Part shown: piece by piece, positions 45,534-54,823 of the stretch
Layout of the letters: every line of letters starts with the position of its first letter
How positions within the stretch are numbered: position 1 is the stretch's first letter
IMG/VR virus record: IMGVR_UViG_3300048556_000227
Location: 1 to 55,380 of that record
Direction: 5' to 3' (one strand)
Source: a virus
Lineage: Duplodnaviria > Caudoviricetes
DNA: 55,380 bases
Translations under genes and position numbers: made by a program
The notes under the pieces: model-generated
Database searches by the model: none
Told to the model about the DNA's origin: nothing
Seen by the model: the letters and a program-made list of their open reading frames with translations, nothing else

Positions 45534-45629
45534 TTAGTACCCTGATCTCCTAGTAGTTCTTCGTGGTGCCGGTGGCATCTTCTTCTTTTTCTTCTTTACC
45601 GTTTTCGTTCGCGTAGTTCCGTAACCCAT
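45534..45629 (-). CDS. 31-aa protamine-like peptide (not in ORF track)
   Basis: MGYGTTRTKTVKKKKKKMPPAPRRTTRRSGY; TAATG overlap; fills the gap exactly. Confidence 0.6.
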   Translation of the reverse strand: MGYGTTRTKTVKKKKKKMPPAPRRTTRRSGY

Positions 45630-46153
45630 TACTTTTGCTCCGTCGTGTATCGCTTGCCGTTCCATGTGAACGTCTTCTTCCCAGATTTTCGAGCAGTAGC
45701 GAAAGCAGATCTAAAGCTGCCAGCTGCAGCAGATTTCTTTTTGAACGTCTTATAAGTGCCTGCTTTAGTCTTCACGCCGCCCGTAACGTCTCGCTGCATA
45801 CTTTGACTACGAGCACGGGGGTTTCTATTCGTGTTTCGAGGTGCCGCGTCGAAGTCCATATTGGTTTTTGAATCTACTGAACCGCCACTGCGGCCCGTTC
45901 TTGGATTCTTTGATGTTATCGGCTTCTTGGCCGCAACCTTCTTGGTAGAGGGGATGCTCTTTTTCTTTTGCCCGGTTGTCGCAGGGGTCTTTCTCTTCCT
46001 AGATACAGTGTTTAGCCTCTCAGCTTCTTTCTTCGCTTCTTCAGCTCTAGCCGCCTGTCTCTTCGTTTTCATACGAGCCACCGTCGCTTTCAATCGGTCG
46101 CTACGGCTGGTTGTAGGTGAGCTCTTCGGCTTCGCGTAGGGTCTTTTTCGCAT
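45629..46153 (-). CDS. Very basic protein
   Basis: K/R-rich; C-terminal SFRSAFATARKSGKKTFTWNGKRYTT. Confidence 0.75.
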   Translation of the reverse strand: MRKRPYAKPKSSPTTSRSDRLKATVARMKTKRQAARAEEAKKEAERLNTVSRKRKTPATTGQKKKSIPSTKKVAAKKPITSKNPRTGRSGGSVDSKTNMDFDAAPRNTNRNPRARSQSMQRDVTGGVKTKAGTYKTFKKKSAAAGSFRSAFATARKSGKKTFTWNGKRYTTEQK

Positions 46154-46164
46154 CCTAAATCTCC

Positions 46165-46194
46165 AAAAAAAGAGCCCCCTCCGAAGAGGGGGCT
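46165..46194 (-). terminator. Rho-independent terminator after the capsid gene
   Basis: AGCCCCCTC-TTCG-GAGGGGGCT followed by a T run on the - strand. Confidence 0.9.
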
Positions 46195-46201
46195 AAACAC
46201 T

Positions 46202-47350
46202 CTACTGAGCAGTGTCGAGTGCGATTACGCCAAAGTCTTCAACGCCACCGTTGTAGTCGCTGTTGTACTTGGGCTTACGCAGACCGAAGATCTTGCCAAT
46301 AGAGATACCGGCTTGGTTTGAGTAGTCGAAGGTGTCTTCAACAATCTCAGGGTTGCCGATGTCAGCCATCGCCAGAGCTTGAGCACCGCAGAACAATGCA
46401 CGAGCACCATTCACATCGGCGTCAGCGCCCCACTTGTAGCCAGCTGCGCCAGCGTTAGCGGAGGTACCAGCGGTAGCACCCTCAGTGCTAAAGACGTGAC
46501 GGAACTCGTGAACCATTACGCCGTCAACCATCAGGCTGCTGGTGCCCGCGAACAGACCGTTTGAAGGGCCTCGGACGCCAGCGTTACGGACGTTCGCCAA
46601 GAAGTCAGCATCCAACTTCAAGGAGGCCATCTGTTGTGGGGTCAAGAACAGGTGGAACACCTCTTCGTTACCGGCACCACGTAGACCACGGATGTAGTTA
46701 TCCTTGGCGTACGCCTTCAGGTTAACGATGCACTCGTAGCTGATCTTGTCAGCAGCGTCAGTCAAAGTAGTGTCACCAGCTACCAAACCGCCAGTTGCGT
46801 CCCAACGACGGTGGCGGTTAGTGGTAGGAGCAGAAACGTCTGAAGCAAACTCCAGATCGACAAGCTCAAGACCAGTGGTGCCAGACGTAGTACGCAGAGC
46901 GCCATTCGTCTTGCTGGTGTAAGCAATACCAGACAGCGTCAAGAACGCCAGCTGATCCATACGATCCGCCATTGCATATGCAAGTGCGTCGCGGGACTGC
47001 TCACGGAAGTTTACAACTGACTTCTGGTCAGCCAATCGACCGGCGATGCGGTTAGCAAAGCGCAGCTGATCCAGCTCAACGGTGATGTCGTAGGCGCGAA
47101 GCGCTTCTTCATTACCTTCCAGAGTGTTGTCGCCGGTTACACCGTCACCAGTCATATCCGCTAGCAAGGTGATTACGGCTTTGGTGCCCTTCTCACTCTT
47201 GGTAAGTTCAGTGATTCGCTGAACCATTGCGTTTTGACCAGATCCTGCGAACTGGTTGATGAAAGACATGTTGCGAGCAACCTGCCAAAAGTCGCGAGAC
47301 CAAGCCGTTAATTGGTTTGAAGTCAGCGACGCAAAGTTAGTAAGAGCCAT
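46202..47350 (-). CDS. Major capsid protein (N4-gp56/DUF4043-like)
   Basis: 382 aa after the scaffold; G..GDNTLEGNEE.L, DFGVI C-terminus; own terminator. Confidence 0.9.
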   Translation of the reverse strand: MALTNFASLTSNQLTAWSRDFWQVARNMSFINQFAGSGQNAMVQRITELTKSEKGTKAVITLLADMTGDGVTGDNTLEGNEEALRAYDITVELDQLRFANRIAGRLADQKSVVNFREQSRDALAYAMADRMDQLAFLTLSGIAYTSKTNGALRTTSGTTGLELVDLEFASDVSAPTTNRHRRWDATGGLVAGDTTLTDAADKISYECIVNLKAYAKDNYIRGLRGAGNEEVFHLFLTPQQMASLKLDADFLANVRNAGVRGPSNGLFAGTSSLMVDGVMVHEFRHVFSTEGATAGTSANAGAAGYKWGADADVNGARALFCGAQALAMADIGNPEIVEDTFDYSNQAGISIGKIFGLRKPKYNSDYNGGVEDFGVIALDTAQ

Positions 47351-47373
47351 ATCGGTTCCTTAATTGCGTAAAT

Positions 47374-47390
47374 TAGTACTTGTTGTACTT
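47374..47390. promoter_or_regulatory. Palindromic site (one mismatch) just upstream of the capsid gene
   Basis: TAGTAC-TTGTT-GTACTT. Confidence 0.6.
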
Positions 47391-47571
47391 ATGTTGGGCA
47401 CAAGCCCGTTCATAGCCGACTTTTGGAGCGGCTAATCCGTTTCCTCGTGTCGTGAGGCGACGAACTAGCGCTTATTAACGAGGGGCGACCTCGGAAGGTT
47501 TAACGCCTTTACAGGCGAATACGTTTTTAACGTGTACGGCACGATCTAATATCGTTTAGATGGACGATTGC

Positions 47572-47602
47572 TGCAGAATAGTACCACTTGTACTATTCTG
47601 CA
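47572..47602. promoter_or_regulatory. Extended palindromic site, probable capsid promoter/operator
   Basis: TGCAGAATAGTAC-CACTT-GTACTATTCTGCA, 13-bp perfect arms. Confidence 0.75.
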
Positions 47603-47612
47603 AACAAAAAGA

Positions 47613-47906
47613 TCACCATTTCACCTTATGCGACCAATACCTTGCGCTGAGCTTTGAGGGCTTTGCGTCTTGAGCATTGTGACGGGCGTAATAGGACTTC
47701 TTTCGCGCTTTGTCCTTGGCGGTCTTCGGGTTTTTACCCGCACCGCTTACACCTTGTTGACCAAAGCGAATCAATTTCATCTCGTGCCCTACCGCAGCCA
47801 GCACCATGTGCGATTTCGTCGCGTGGTTTGGGGTGCGTTTCGGTTTATTCACACCCTTCAACCCATGTTTCTTCAGCAGCGCGGCTCTTCTACTCTCGTG
47901 TGCCAT
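47613..47906 (-). CDS. Basic hypothetical protein
   Basis: NKPKRTPNH..KSH...IRFGQQG...RKKSYYARH...ARYWSHKVKW. Confidence 0.75.
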   Translation of the reverse strand: MAHESRRAALLKKHGLKGVNKPKRTPNHATKSHMVLAAVGHEMKLIRFGQQGVSGAGKNPKTAKDKARKKSYYARHNAQDAKPSKLSARYWSHKVKW

Positions 47907-47913
47907 ATCAAAC

Positions 47914-48948
47914 CTACAAAATATCGCCTCGAAGCCGCTTCAATGTGGCATCTGGTAGCGAATTGAACTCATCTTCAGTCATTGAAGAGATGTCTAGGGG
48001 CTTTTCACCACGGTTAGCGGAGCTTTCTCCAGGCAATTCCGGCGGTTGGGCCTCGGCTGCCTTTAGTTTGCTGGCTACTTGGCGACGTTTCTTTGTAACT
48101 TCGTCTACATTCTTGGCTGCAGGTGCAGTATCTGCGCCCAAAGTGGACGTAGTGGCCGCCGGTTCGACAAGATCGTAGCTCTTGACCACAAAATTAGCCG
48201 CTTTACCTAGCGCTTCTACTGCCCCAAAGCCCTGAGTGATGAACGCATCACGCAGATCTATGACTTCTTGCGTGTATTCCGCGTTGTAAGCCTCAGAATT
48301 CTGGTCAAAGACTGGGAAATTAGCCTCCAACTCGTTGGCAGCGCTCTGCAAAGCAGTCGCTTGCTGGTTCTGAGCTACCGTCTGCGACATTTCCTGACGC
48401 ATTTCGTACGCGATTTGCTCTTTTTCGGCTTTGCGCATGGCATTTCGGAGCGCTGCAGCCTTATCGGCCTCACCATCGAGCACCAATTGCTGATATTCCA
48501 GCTCTTTGGCGTCAAAGTCGTACTCTTCAGGAGCACTTTCGGCTACTTCCTGTGCCGCTTTCATGTCGTCGAGCTGTTTCTGTAGCGCTTTTTGCTTGGC
48601 TAGTACCTCATCTAAGCGAGATTTGGGCACCATTGGCTTCTTACGCGGCGATTGGGGCTCAACTTCTGGCTCTTCTTCAACAATCTCAGTGTCATCTTCA
48701 AGATCTTCGTCGTCTGCCTCGGCAACTTGATCTAATTCCGGCTCCTCGACCTCTTCATCTGCAACTTCAGCTTCCTCCGCAGCCGCTTCTGTCTCTTCGA
48801 CAGCGTCTTCCACCACTTCTTCAGCGGATTCTGCCTCATCTTCTTCTTCTCCTAAGCCGAAATTAAGGTCTAGGGTCTCTTGTACAGGCTCTGGGGTGTC
48901 AGCGCCGGGGAATGGCGTAGCTACTGCGGTATCTTCTTGATCAGACAT
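47914..48948 (-). CDS. Capsid scaffolding protein
   Basis: Acidic N-terminus, VPKSRLDEV, coiled coil, MTEDEF..LP; between portal and capsid. Confidence 0.8.
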   Translation of the reverse strand: MSDQEDTAVATPFPGADTPEPVQETLDLNFGLGEEEDEAESAEEVVEDAVEETEAAAEEAEVADEEVEEPELDQVAEADDEDLEDDTEIVEEEPEVEPQSPRKKPMVPKSRLDEVLAKQKALQKQLDDMKAAQEVAESAPEEYDFDAKELEYQQLVLDGEADKAAALRNAMRKAEKEQIAYEMRQEMSQTVAQNQQATALQSAANELEANFPVFDQNSEAYNAEYTQEVIDLRDAFITQGFGAVEALGKAANFVVKSYDLVEPAATTSTLGADTAPAAKNVDEVTKKRRQVASKLKAAEAQPPELPGESSANRGEKPLDISSMTEDEFNSLPDATLKRLRGDIL

Positions 48949-48957
48949 GTCAAAATC

Positions 48958-51075
48958 CTATTGATTTGGGGTGTTTTTCGCGCCGGTTTGCATGGCCGTA
49001 GCGGCAATACGGGCGGCGGCTTGGGTTTGTTGCTGATTTGTCCTGACTTGGTTAGTCAGATCAGCCAACTCTCGACGAAGCTGCAGTTCTTGCATCTTCA
49101 TTTCGATCTTTCCTTGCAGTTCAGCTACCTGAATATCCGGTGCAGCCTGCGTGGTCTGGGCTTTAGCGATATTTACGGCGGCCTCGGAGCCAAGTTTCTG
49201 TACTTCGGCCTCCAATTTCGCCAGTTCTAGCTGGGCTTCCTGCATTTGCATCTGTTGAACCATCATCGCGGCCTCCATCTGCTCTGGTGTCTTCTCAATT
49301 CCGGTCAACATACGGATCCGCTTCGCAAGCTCGCCCTTCTTGGCCAGATGTGAGTACTCAATGATCGCGTCGTCAGGGATAGCCACGCCGACTTGACGCA
49401 GATTTAAGGCTTCTGCGAACTGAACCTCGTCAAACGAGTCACGAGCCGGTGCCGTAGACACCACAACGTCGTATTCACCAAGCGTCAGGTCGTCAATCAC
49501 CTGCCCTTCCGGCGTTACCTCGTTGATCACCATCGCTTCGCGGGGCTTCATGGGATCGGCGTCGTTGGTCACCTGAATAACTCGCGTCTCGGTGTAGAAG
49601 GTTTGCACCAACTCCAAGATCTTTTCCGCCAAGTAGTGGCGGGTCTTTCGCAGGTTATCCAGCGGTACCTGAATCATAATCGCGCCACGATTCTGCTTAG
49701 CTCGGATAGCGATACCAGACACCTCGGCGCTGTCAGTACCCAACATCGACTCGTTGATGCCACTGATCGCTTGGATATTTGCCGCAGCCTTCTGCCCAAT
49801 ACGGTCTAAACCGGTTGGAATTGAGTTCGCTTGAATCTTCGCTGGCGGATTTGTGCCACGGGCGTACTCAATAACCAGACCGGTCTCGGCACCATGCTCT
49901 TCCAAGTCGTCTGGCGTCATACCAACAAGCGATCCGCTCTCTACCATCCAGCCACTGTTGGCGGTGGTGTTAACAATGTGCAGCTCTTGCGAACTGATCT
50001 TGTTGAGCTGCTCTTGCGGTGACAGCAGATTACGCACCATGCCGAACGGACGGCCACGGCGGAAATACGCAAAGTACGGAACAATCGTGAAACCGGCGTA
50101 CGGTGACCAGTCATCGTGCAATACGACCTTGTCACAGGTAACTGTCCAGCGAACCTTCTTCTGAATCTTGCTGATGATCTCTAGGCCGTACTTCTTACCG
50201 AACGCTTTGAGCTTTCGGTCGTTCCAAGCCTCTGGTACCGGTCGCTGGTCACCCGTTTCTGGGTCGACATAGCACTGAACACGGGTAACGCGTTTGTGCT
50301 GACGCTCGATGACGCGCAGTGCTTTTACATTGCGGTACTCATCCTCGTCGTATGCCGCTGCACCTAAGTAATCGTCGGTCGACTCGGTGTCACCATAGCG
50401 GGTCTCTTCGTACTCGACCGAGTCACGGCCAAATGTGTTGCCGTTCTCAGCAATAAACTGCAGCTCTTCCGCCTTCTTGGTGCCGTACATCTCCTCGATC
50501 TCGTCCAAGGTCATCCACTTGGTCTCAAAGATCTCGTTCCATGTCTTGGGGTCATACTCCTTGGCGTCTGGATCAATCAGAATGTCCAAAGGATCCTTCG
50601 CAGTGATGCGGATCTCACCCTCAACGTGATCGCTAAAGTCCATGCGAACGTCAAAGTATCCGCGACCGTCCATAATCAGACCGTCACTAAACACCTGCTG
50701 CTCTACCCAATCGAGCTTGTTGTTGTCAGCAATCTGCATGTACAACTTATTCAGCACCTGAGCGACGTCCTCGCTACCCGCACGACGTGGTTTGAACTGA
50801 ATGTCAGCACGACGGGTGGACTGCTCGCCCAACACGGTGTTGATCGTCGGCAGAATCGTATTAATAGTCAGAGCAGGTCGACCTTCTGCATCGAGCATGG
50901 ACACATCGTCCATATCCCACTGCTCACCCTGATAAAACGCATCACACTTCTTAGCCATGTGGATGTATTCAAGGTGTCCGTTGTCCCGAGCACGCACATA
51001 GCGGTCGTATTGTGTGCTCGCTATTTCCATCTCCTCTGCGGGAGACAGTGATTTCATTTTCTTGTGGTGCGCCAT
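48958..51075 (-). CDS. Portal protein (P22/N4-like)
   Basis: FYQGEQW...GRPALTIN.I.P.I..VLG, SGIAI..KQ, C-terminal Q-rich barrel. Confidence 0.92.
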   Translation of the reverse strand: MAHHKKMKSLSPAEEMEIASTQYDRYVRARDNGHLEYIHMAKKCDAFYQGEQWDMDDVSMLDAEGRPALTINTILPTINTVLGEQSTRRADIQFKPRRAGSEDVAQVLNKLYMQIADNNKLDWVEQQVFSDGLIMDGRGYFDVRMDFSDHVEGEIRITAKDPLDILIDPDAKEYDPKTWNEIFETKWMTLDEIEEMYGTKKAEELQFIAENGNTFGRDSVEYEETRYGDTESTDDYLGAAAYDEDEYRNVKALRVIERQHKRVTRVQCYVDPETGDQRPVPEAWNDRKLKAFGKKYGLEIISKIQKKVRWTVTCDKVVLHDDWSPYAGFTIVPYFAYFRRGRPFGMVRNLLSPQEQLNKISSQELHIVNTTANSGWMVESGSLVGMTPDDLEEHGAETGLVIEYARGTNPPAKIQANSIPTGLDRIGQKAAANIQAISGINESMLGTDSAEVSGIAIRAKQNRGAIMIQVPLDNLRKTRHYLAEKILELVQTFYTETRVIQVTNDADPMKPREAMVINEVTPEGQVIDDLTLGEYDVVVSTAPARDSFDEVQFAEALNLRQVGVAIPDDAIIEYSHLAKKGELAKRIRMLTGIEKTPEQMEAAMMVQQMQMQEAQLELAKLEAEVQKLGSEAAVNIAKAQTTQAAPDIQVAELQGKIEMKMQELQLRRELADLTNQVRTNQQQTQAAARIAATAMQTGAKNTPNQ

Positions 51076-51077
51076 CG

Positions 51078-52724
51078 TTAGGAACTCATCGCTGATTTAG
51101 ATTTAGGGGTCGCTGTTAGATAATCGAGCCGGTCTCGCCAAGACGGTTCTTTGTAAACGGGTGTGTGATAGCTGGCGAACTCCGTCATCATCAAACCAAG
51201 CCATGCCAACGCATCAACTTGGTCGTCGTGGACACCGTTGGGGAAACGCAACATCTCAGCCACTAACGGGCCGGTGAACACTTCGTCCTTGGGAAACCAC
51301 ACCATGCCCTGCTGCATCCGGCCTTGAATGGCGCGGGCTCGGGCTTCTTTATCGCGACGTCCTGTCTTCAGGTCTTTGATGAATGCTTCATACAGACCGC
51401 GCTCTCGGATCCGTTTCTCTAGGAACGGGCCTAGCGCCATCTCGATATGACCTTTCTCAATGCCGATCATCGAGGGCTTCCACTGCTCATAGAGATCTAG
51501 GATCCGCTCGACAATCTCAAAGCCGTCAAAGCGTCCGCGTACAACGTCCACAATGAACAACTCGTCAAATTCGTTTACGCCAATGACCATGCCGACCGAA
51601 TAGTCGTTACGGTCGTTTTTACCAATGGCTAAGTCCCATGCGCAGTAGTAACGCATGGCGTCAAAGTCGACATCATCCGACTCGTAGTACTGGATCATGT
51701 CGCGAGTAAAGTAGTCACCGTCATCTGCGACGGGATTCTGCTGATACAAAGCCGACCAATCTCTAGGGCCTACGGCCTTTCGTATACGGTCTAGTGATAC
51801 AACGTCGTAACGCTCTGGGTGCAAGGCCTCACCAGAATCGCGGAACTCTTCGTCCTCTTCAGCAATCGCGGGGTAACGGACAACCTCCCAGTCGTCTCCA
51901 CCCTCGGTGGTGGCCTTTAATAAACGACCTGCAAGATCATCGTCGTGCCAGCGAGTAAGAATGACCAGAACACCGCCGCCGGGAGCCAAGCGGGTATACG
52001 CCGTAGACGTATACCAGTCCCAGTTAGCATCTCGATTATTTTGGCTTTCAGCATCTTCACGGTTCTTAACTGGATCATCGATTACTAATATGTGTGCGCC
52101 CTTACCAGTGATACCACCGCCCACACCAGCAGCAACAAAGCCACCGCCGTTAGTAGTGAGCCAAGCCTCTGCGGACTGAGATTCTGGATCCAGGCGCGTA
52201 TCGAAGGCTGTTTTGTAACTAGGCTCTCTAAGTAGTCCACGAACTTTTCGACTGAATCCCATAGCAAGCGAACCCGAGTACGAACATGAAATAAACTCGT
52301 GCTGTGGGTTCCTGCCAAGGTGCCAAGCCGGAAACGCAATCGACGCCAAAGTTGACTTGCCGTGTCGCGGAGGTAAGAAAAGCATGAGCCGAGGAGACTC
52401 CTTCGCCACAACCTTCCTACTAAATTCTTCAAGTCTTCTACAGACATCCTTATGCACCCATCCCGCTTGATAGTCGGGGCTGAACCGCTCAACGAACGGT
52501 AACAACCGCTTTCGAGTTAGGAACCGTAGTGCTAGCTCGGCTCTTGCTTTGTCTTCAACCGATTGCGCCTCTGTTACTTCTTCTTCTACAGGCGCAGCGG
52601 CAGCCGGTATCGACTCAACCTCGTCGGCCTTGCAGTAGACACAAAATCCATCTCGCCCTGAGTACAGGGTCTCGGGGTGCAGGTTCTTGCACCGCTTACA
52701 TTCCTGCATTGGAATGTCAGTCAT
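51078..52724 (-). CDS. terL: Terminase large subunit
   Basis: PPRHGKS Walker A, ITGKGA, IDDP, TRWH.DDL.GR, WDLA, HDDQVDA. Confidence 0.95.
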   Translation of the reverse strand: MTDIPMQECKRCKNLHPETLYSGRDGFCVYCKADEVESIPAAAAPVEEEVTEAQSVEDKARAELALRFLTRKRLLPFVERFSPDYQAGWVHKDVCRRLEEFSRKVVAKESPRLMLFLPPRHGKSTLASIAFPAWHLGRNPQHEFISCSYSGSLAMGFSRKVRGLLREPSYKTAFDTRLDPESQSAEAWLTTNGGGFVAAGVGGGITGKGAHILVIDDPVKNREDAESQNNRDANWDWYTSTAYTRLAPGGGVLVILTRWHDDDLAGRLLKATTEGGDDWEVVRYPAIAEEDEEFRDSGEALHPERYDVVSLDRIRKAVGPRDWSALYQQNPVADDGDYFTRDMIQYYESDDVDFDAMRYYCAWDLAIGKNDRNDYSVGMVIGVNEFDELFIVDVVRGRFDGFEIVERILDLYEQWKPSMIGIEKGHIEMALGPFLEKRIRERGLYEAFIKDLKTGRRDKEARARAIQGRMQQGMVWFPKDEVFTGPLVAEMLRFPNGVHDDQVDALAWLGLMMTEFASYHTPVYKEPSWRDRLDYLTATPKSKSAMSS

Positions 52725-53119
52725 CGTGGCGCATCACTTAGTGAAGGCTTATAGAAGTCAAAGCTCACCGAGTTTCGATCCGCCTTCACGTTTTTGTGAT
52801 TTTTTCTGGCGTAAAGATTGGCGAAATGGATACCGGTCTTAGCATCTACGCCCGCTTTGCCCGCCGGAAGCCCTTTGACGCGCCCTGCTTCGATATCCGG
52901 CAGGTACTTCTTGTACGCTTCAGAGTCACTTAGCTCTTTGCCCGTCTCTCGGTCATAGCCTGGGACGGTATAGATCATCCCTTTATGCTCTACGCCCTTC
53001 GCATTAACCGTCATCACTCGGCCATCCGATGTACGCGCTGCTTTTTTAGCGCGGACAGTGTCTGAGTGATATTGATTCACAAACGACATGTACTCTTCCA
53101 TCGAAGGCAAACTACTCAT
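52721..53119 (-). CDS. Hypothetical protein between the terminase subunits
   Basis: Frame of track ORF 52721..53158; likely start ATG 53119. Confidence 0.6.
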   Translation of the reverse strand: MSSLPSMEEYMSFVNQYHSDTVRAKKAARTSDGRVMTVNAKGVEHKGMIYTVPGYDRETGKELSDSEAYKKYLPDIEAGRVKGLPAGKAGVDAKTGIHFANLYARKNHKNVKADRNSVSFDFYKPSLSDAPR

Positions 53120-53627
53120 CGGCTTGTGGCTCCAGATACGACGTATCCTTGCCCGCAATCTTCAACAGATCTTCGTCCGACATACGCTCCAACTGCTTGG
53201 GCGTAGCGTCTATGTTGATATTTACCTGCGTCGCGTTGTCTGGGGTACTTAGACCATGCAACTTGACCAGACTGTCCACGGTATTCTTCATCTCAGTAGC
53301 AGTAGCCGACGCCTGATACGCGTCCATGTACATCACGTGGGCGTTTGCGGCGGTGAACTTCACCTCTTCACGCATCTGCTCGCGAAAATACGCCAGTGCT
53401 TTGGCAACATTGGGCCGTTTGACCGTGTCATACACAGCATTGGCGCTGGTATACCCCGCACCACGGCCCGCAGCGGCAAGCGTCATCCCACTCAGGACAA
53501 GCATGACTAACTTCTCTTGCTGAACAGTAAGCTCTCCCATCTCCAAACCCATGTAGGGCATATGAGATTCGAACTCAGCTACATCAGTGATAGGTTCTTG
53601 CGGCTGTTTGCTCAGCGATTTCTCCAC
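53112..53627 (-). CDS. terS: Terminase small subunit
   Basis: LT.QQE...G.T..AA.R.AGY HTH, L.KLHGL; upstream of terL. Confidence 0.75.
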   Translation of the reverse strand: MEKSLSKQPQEPITDVAEFESHMPYMGLEMGELTVQQEKLVMLVLSGMTLAAAGRGAGYTSANAVYDTVKRPNVAKALAYFREQMREEVKFTAANAHVMYMDAYQASATATEMKNTVDSLVKLHGLSTPDNATQVNINIDATPKQLERMSDEDLLKIAGKDTSYLEPQADE

Positions 53628-53832
53628 TAAGATCCTCGTCTAAAAATACGAATAGCGGGGCATAGTCTGCGAACCCCTCTTCGGTAAGATTTTCCAGTAC
53701 GTCATCGACCGAAAACTGTGTTTCGACCAAACGTGCGTCATAGACCAGCACCTCTTCCCCCGTAGGGCCGATACCAGTGCCAAGAAGCGCGTGTTCCATA
53801 CCTTCAATGGATATCATTTTGACCTTGGACAT
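53584..53832 (-). CDS. Hypothetical protein
   Basis: GMEHALLG...VLVYD...PLFV. Confidence 0.65.
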   Translation of the reverse strand: MSKVKMISIEGMEHALLGTGIGPTGEEVLVYDARLVETQFSVDDVLENLTEEGFADYAPLFVFLDEDLSGEIAEQTAARTYH

Positions 53833-53839
53833 TGGCGAA

Positions 53840-53856
53840 TAGTACTAGTTGTACTA
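53840..53856. promoter_or_regulatory. 17-bp palindrome inside a probable leftward promoter
   Basis: TAGTAC-TAGTT-GTACTA; - strand TTGTGA-N17-TACTAT. Confidence 0.72.
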
Positions 53857-53857
53857 T

Positions 53858-54355
53858 TTAGTCACAAGACTTTTCATAGACGCTCTTAATCCAGAAATAG
53901 AATTCACCCTCGTCCATTTTGTGCTTCATGATATTGACCGCATAACAGACTAAACGGATGTTATCGACGGTGTAGCCGATACGGGGGTTTATACGGTCGA
54001 CGCTGGCGTTGAAATCTTTGTGCCCCGAACCGTCACGGTGGTGCGTCATCACTAAACCCGTAGCTTCGCACCTGCCATTTTGGGCTTCCCACAGGTCTAT
54101 AAGATCTTGGACGTTGATCTCCCATGTGAACCCCGCTTTGACGCGGACATGCTTGGAACTGGCGTGCAGTTTAGTAAGGAATGCGCGGTAATTAGAGCTA
54201 CCGTTTTCACGTGCAGTGGCCTGAGTGCATGTCTTGCACTTGGATCGTGGTTTTATACCGGACGTTGTCTTGTCGGTATAAAAACGTTTTAGAGGCATAT
54301 GCTGCTTGCACACCCTGCAGTAATACAGGTCTTCGTTGTTGCTGTCGGTAGTCAT
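53858..54355 (-). CDS. HNH/His-Me-finger-like endonuclease with Zn ribbon
   Basis: CRVC...CKTC, QNGRCEATG, SVDRI....GY..DNIRLVC..VN.MK; likely start ATG 54355. Confidence 0.75.
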   Translation of the reverse strand: MTTDSNNEDLYYCRVCKQHMPLKRFYTDKTTSGIKPRSKCKTCTQATARENGSSNYRAFLTKLHASSKHVRVKAGFTWEINVQDLIDLWEAQNGRCEATGLVMTHHRDGSGHKDFNASVDRINPRIGYTVDNIRLVCYAVNIMKHKMDEGEFYFWIKSVYEKSCD

Positions 54356-54384
54356 GTACGCCTTGGTCAGTGGCCGGTTGCATA

Positions 54385-54401
54385 TAGTACATAAACTACT
54401 G
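54385..54401. promoter_or_regulatory. Degenerate 17-bp palindrome at the head of the late arm
   Basis: TAGTAC-ATAAA-CTACTG. Confidence 0.55.
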
Positions 54402-54609
54402 TTTTTTCTGCTGAAAAATTTTTTTGAAAATTTATTCCAGAATCGCTCACACACTATCTCCCCATCGCTGCACCAGCCACCCCCATCCCCCGGATCGCAC
54501 ACTGGAACCTTGTTTCGTATTACAAACTTGGAACCTTAGATCTGGTACCCCTCCTCGTTCCTCGTCGGCAGTCGGTTGTATTGATGTCATTAACCATAGG
54601 AGAAAGACA

Positions 54610-54819
54610 ATGGCACTAGCAAAAGTATCGATGGTTCGAGTAGGCAAGAAGAACAAAACAGCCATCTATATTCAGTCAGCTTCAGGCAACGTATATCGCC
54701 TGCATCCACAAACGGTACGCGAGCAAGTCAAATGCGGTCGCACCATCGAGCAGATGATCGCCCACATCACCACTCGGGCAACCATCAACACCAAGTTCTA
54801 CACCAAGGTTAGGGGGTAA
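54610..54819 (+). CDS. Small basic early protein
   Basis: AGGAG RBS before ATG 54610. Confidence 0.7.
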   Translation: MALAKVSMVRVGKKNKTAIYIQSASGNVYRLHPQTVREQVKCGRTIEQMIAHITTRATINTKFYTKVRG

Positions 54820-54823
54820 TTCT

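Noticed and set aside
20000-54000. Many + strand ORFs in the late arm (and - strand ORFs in the early arm)
   Set aside because: Antisense shadows fully nested in well-supported genes, without RBS or motifs
54356-54609. N-terminal extensions of track ORFs 53858..54502 and 54424..54819
   Set aside because: They cross the AT-rich divergent promoter region; internal ATGs at 54355 and 54610 are more plausible
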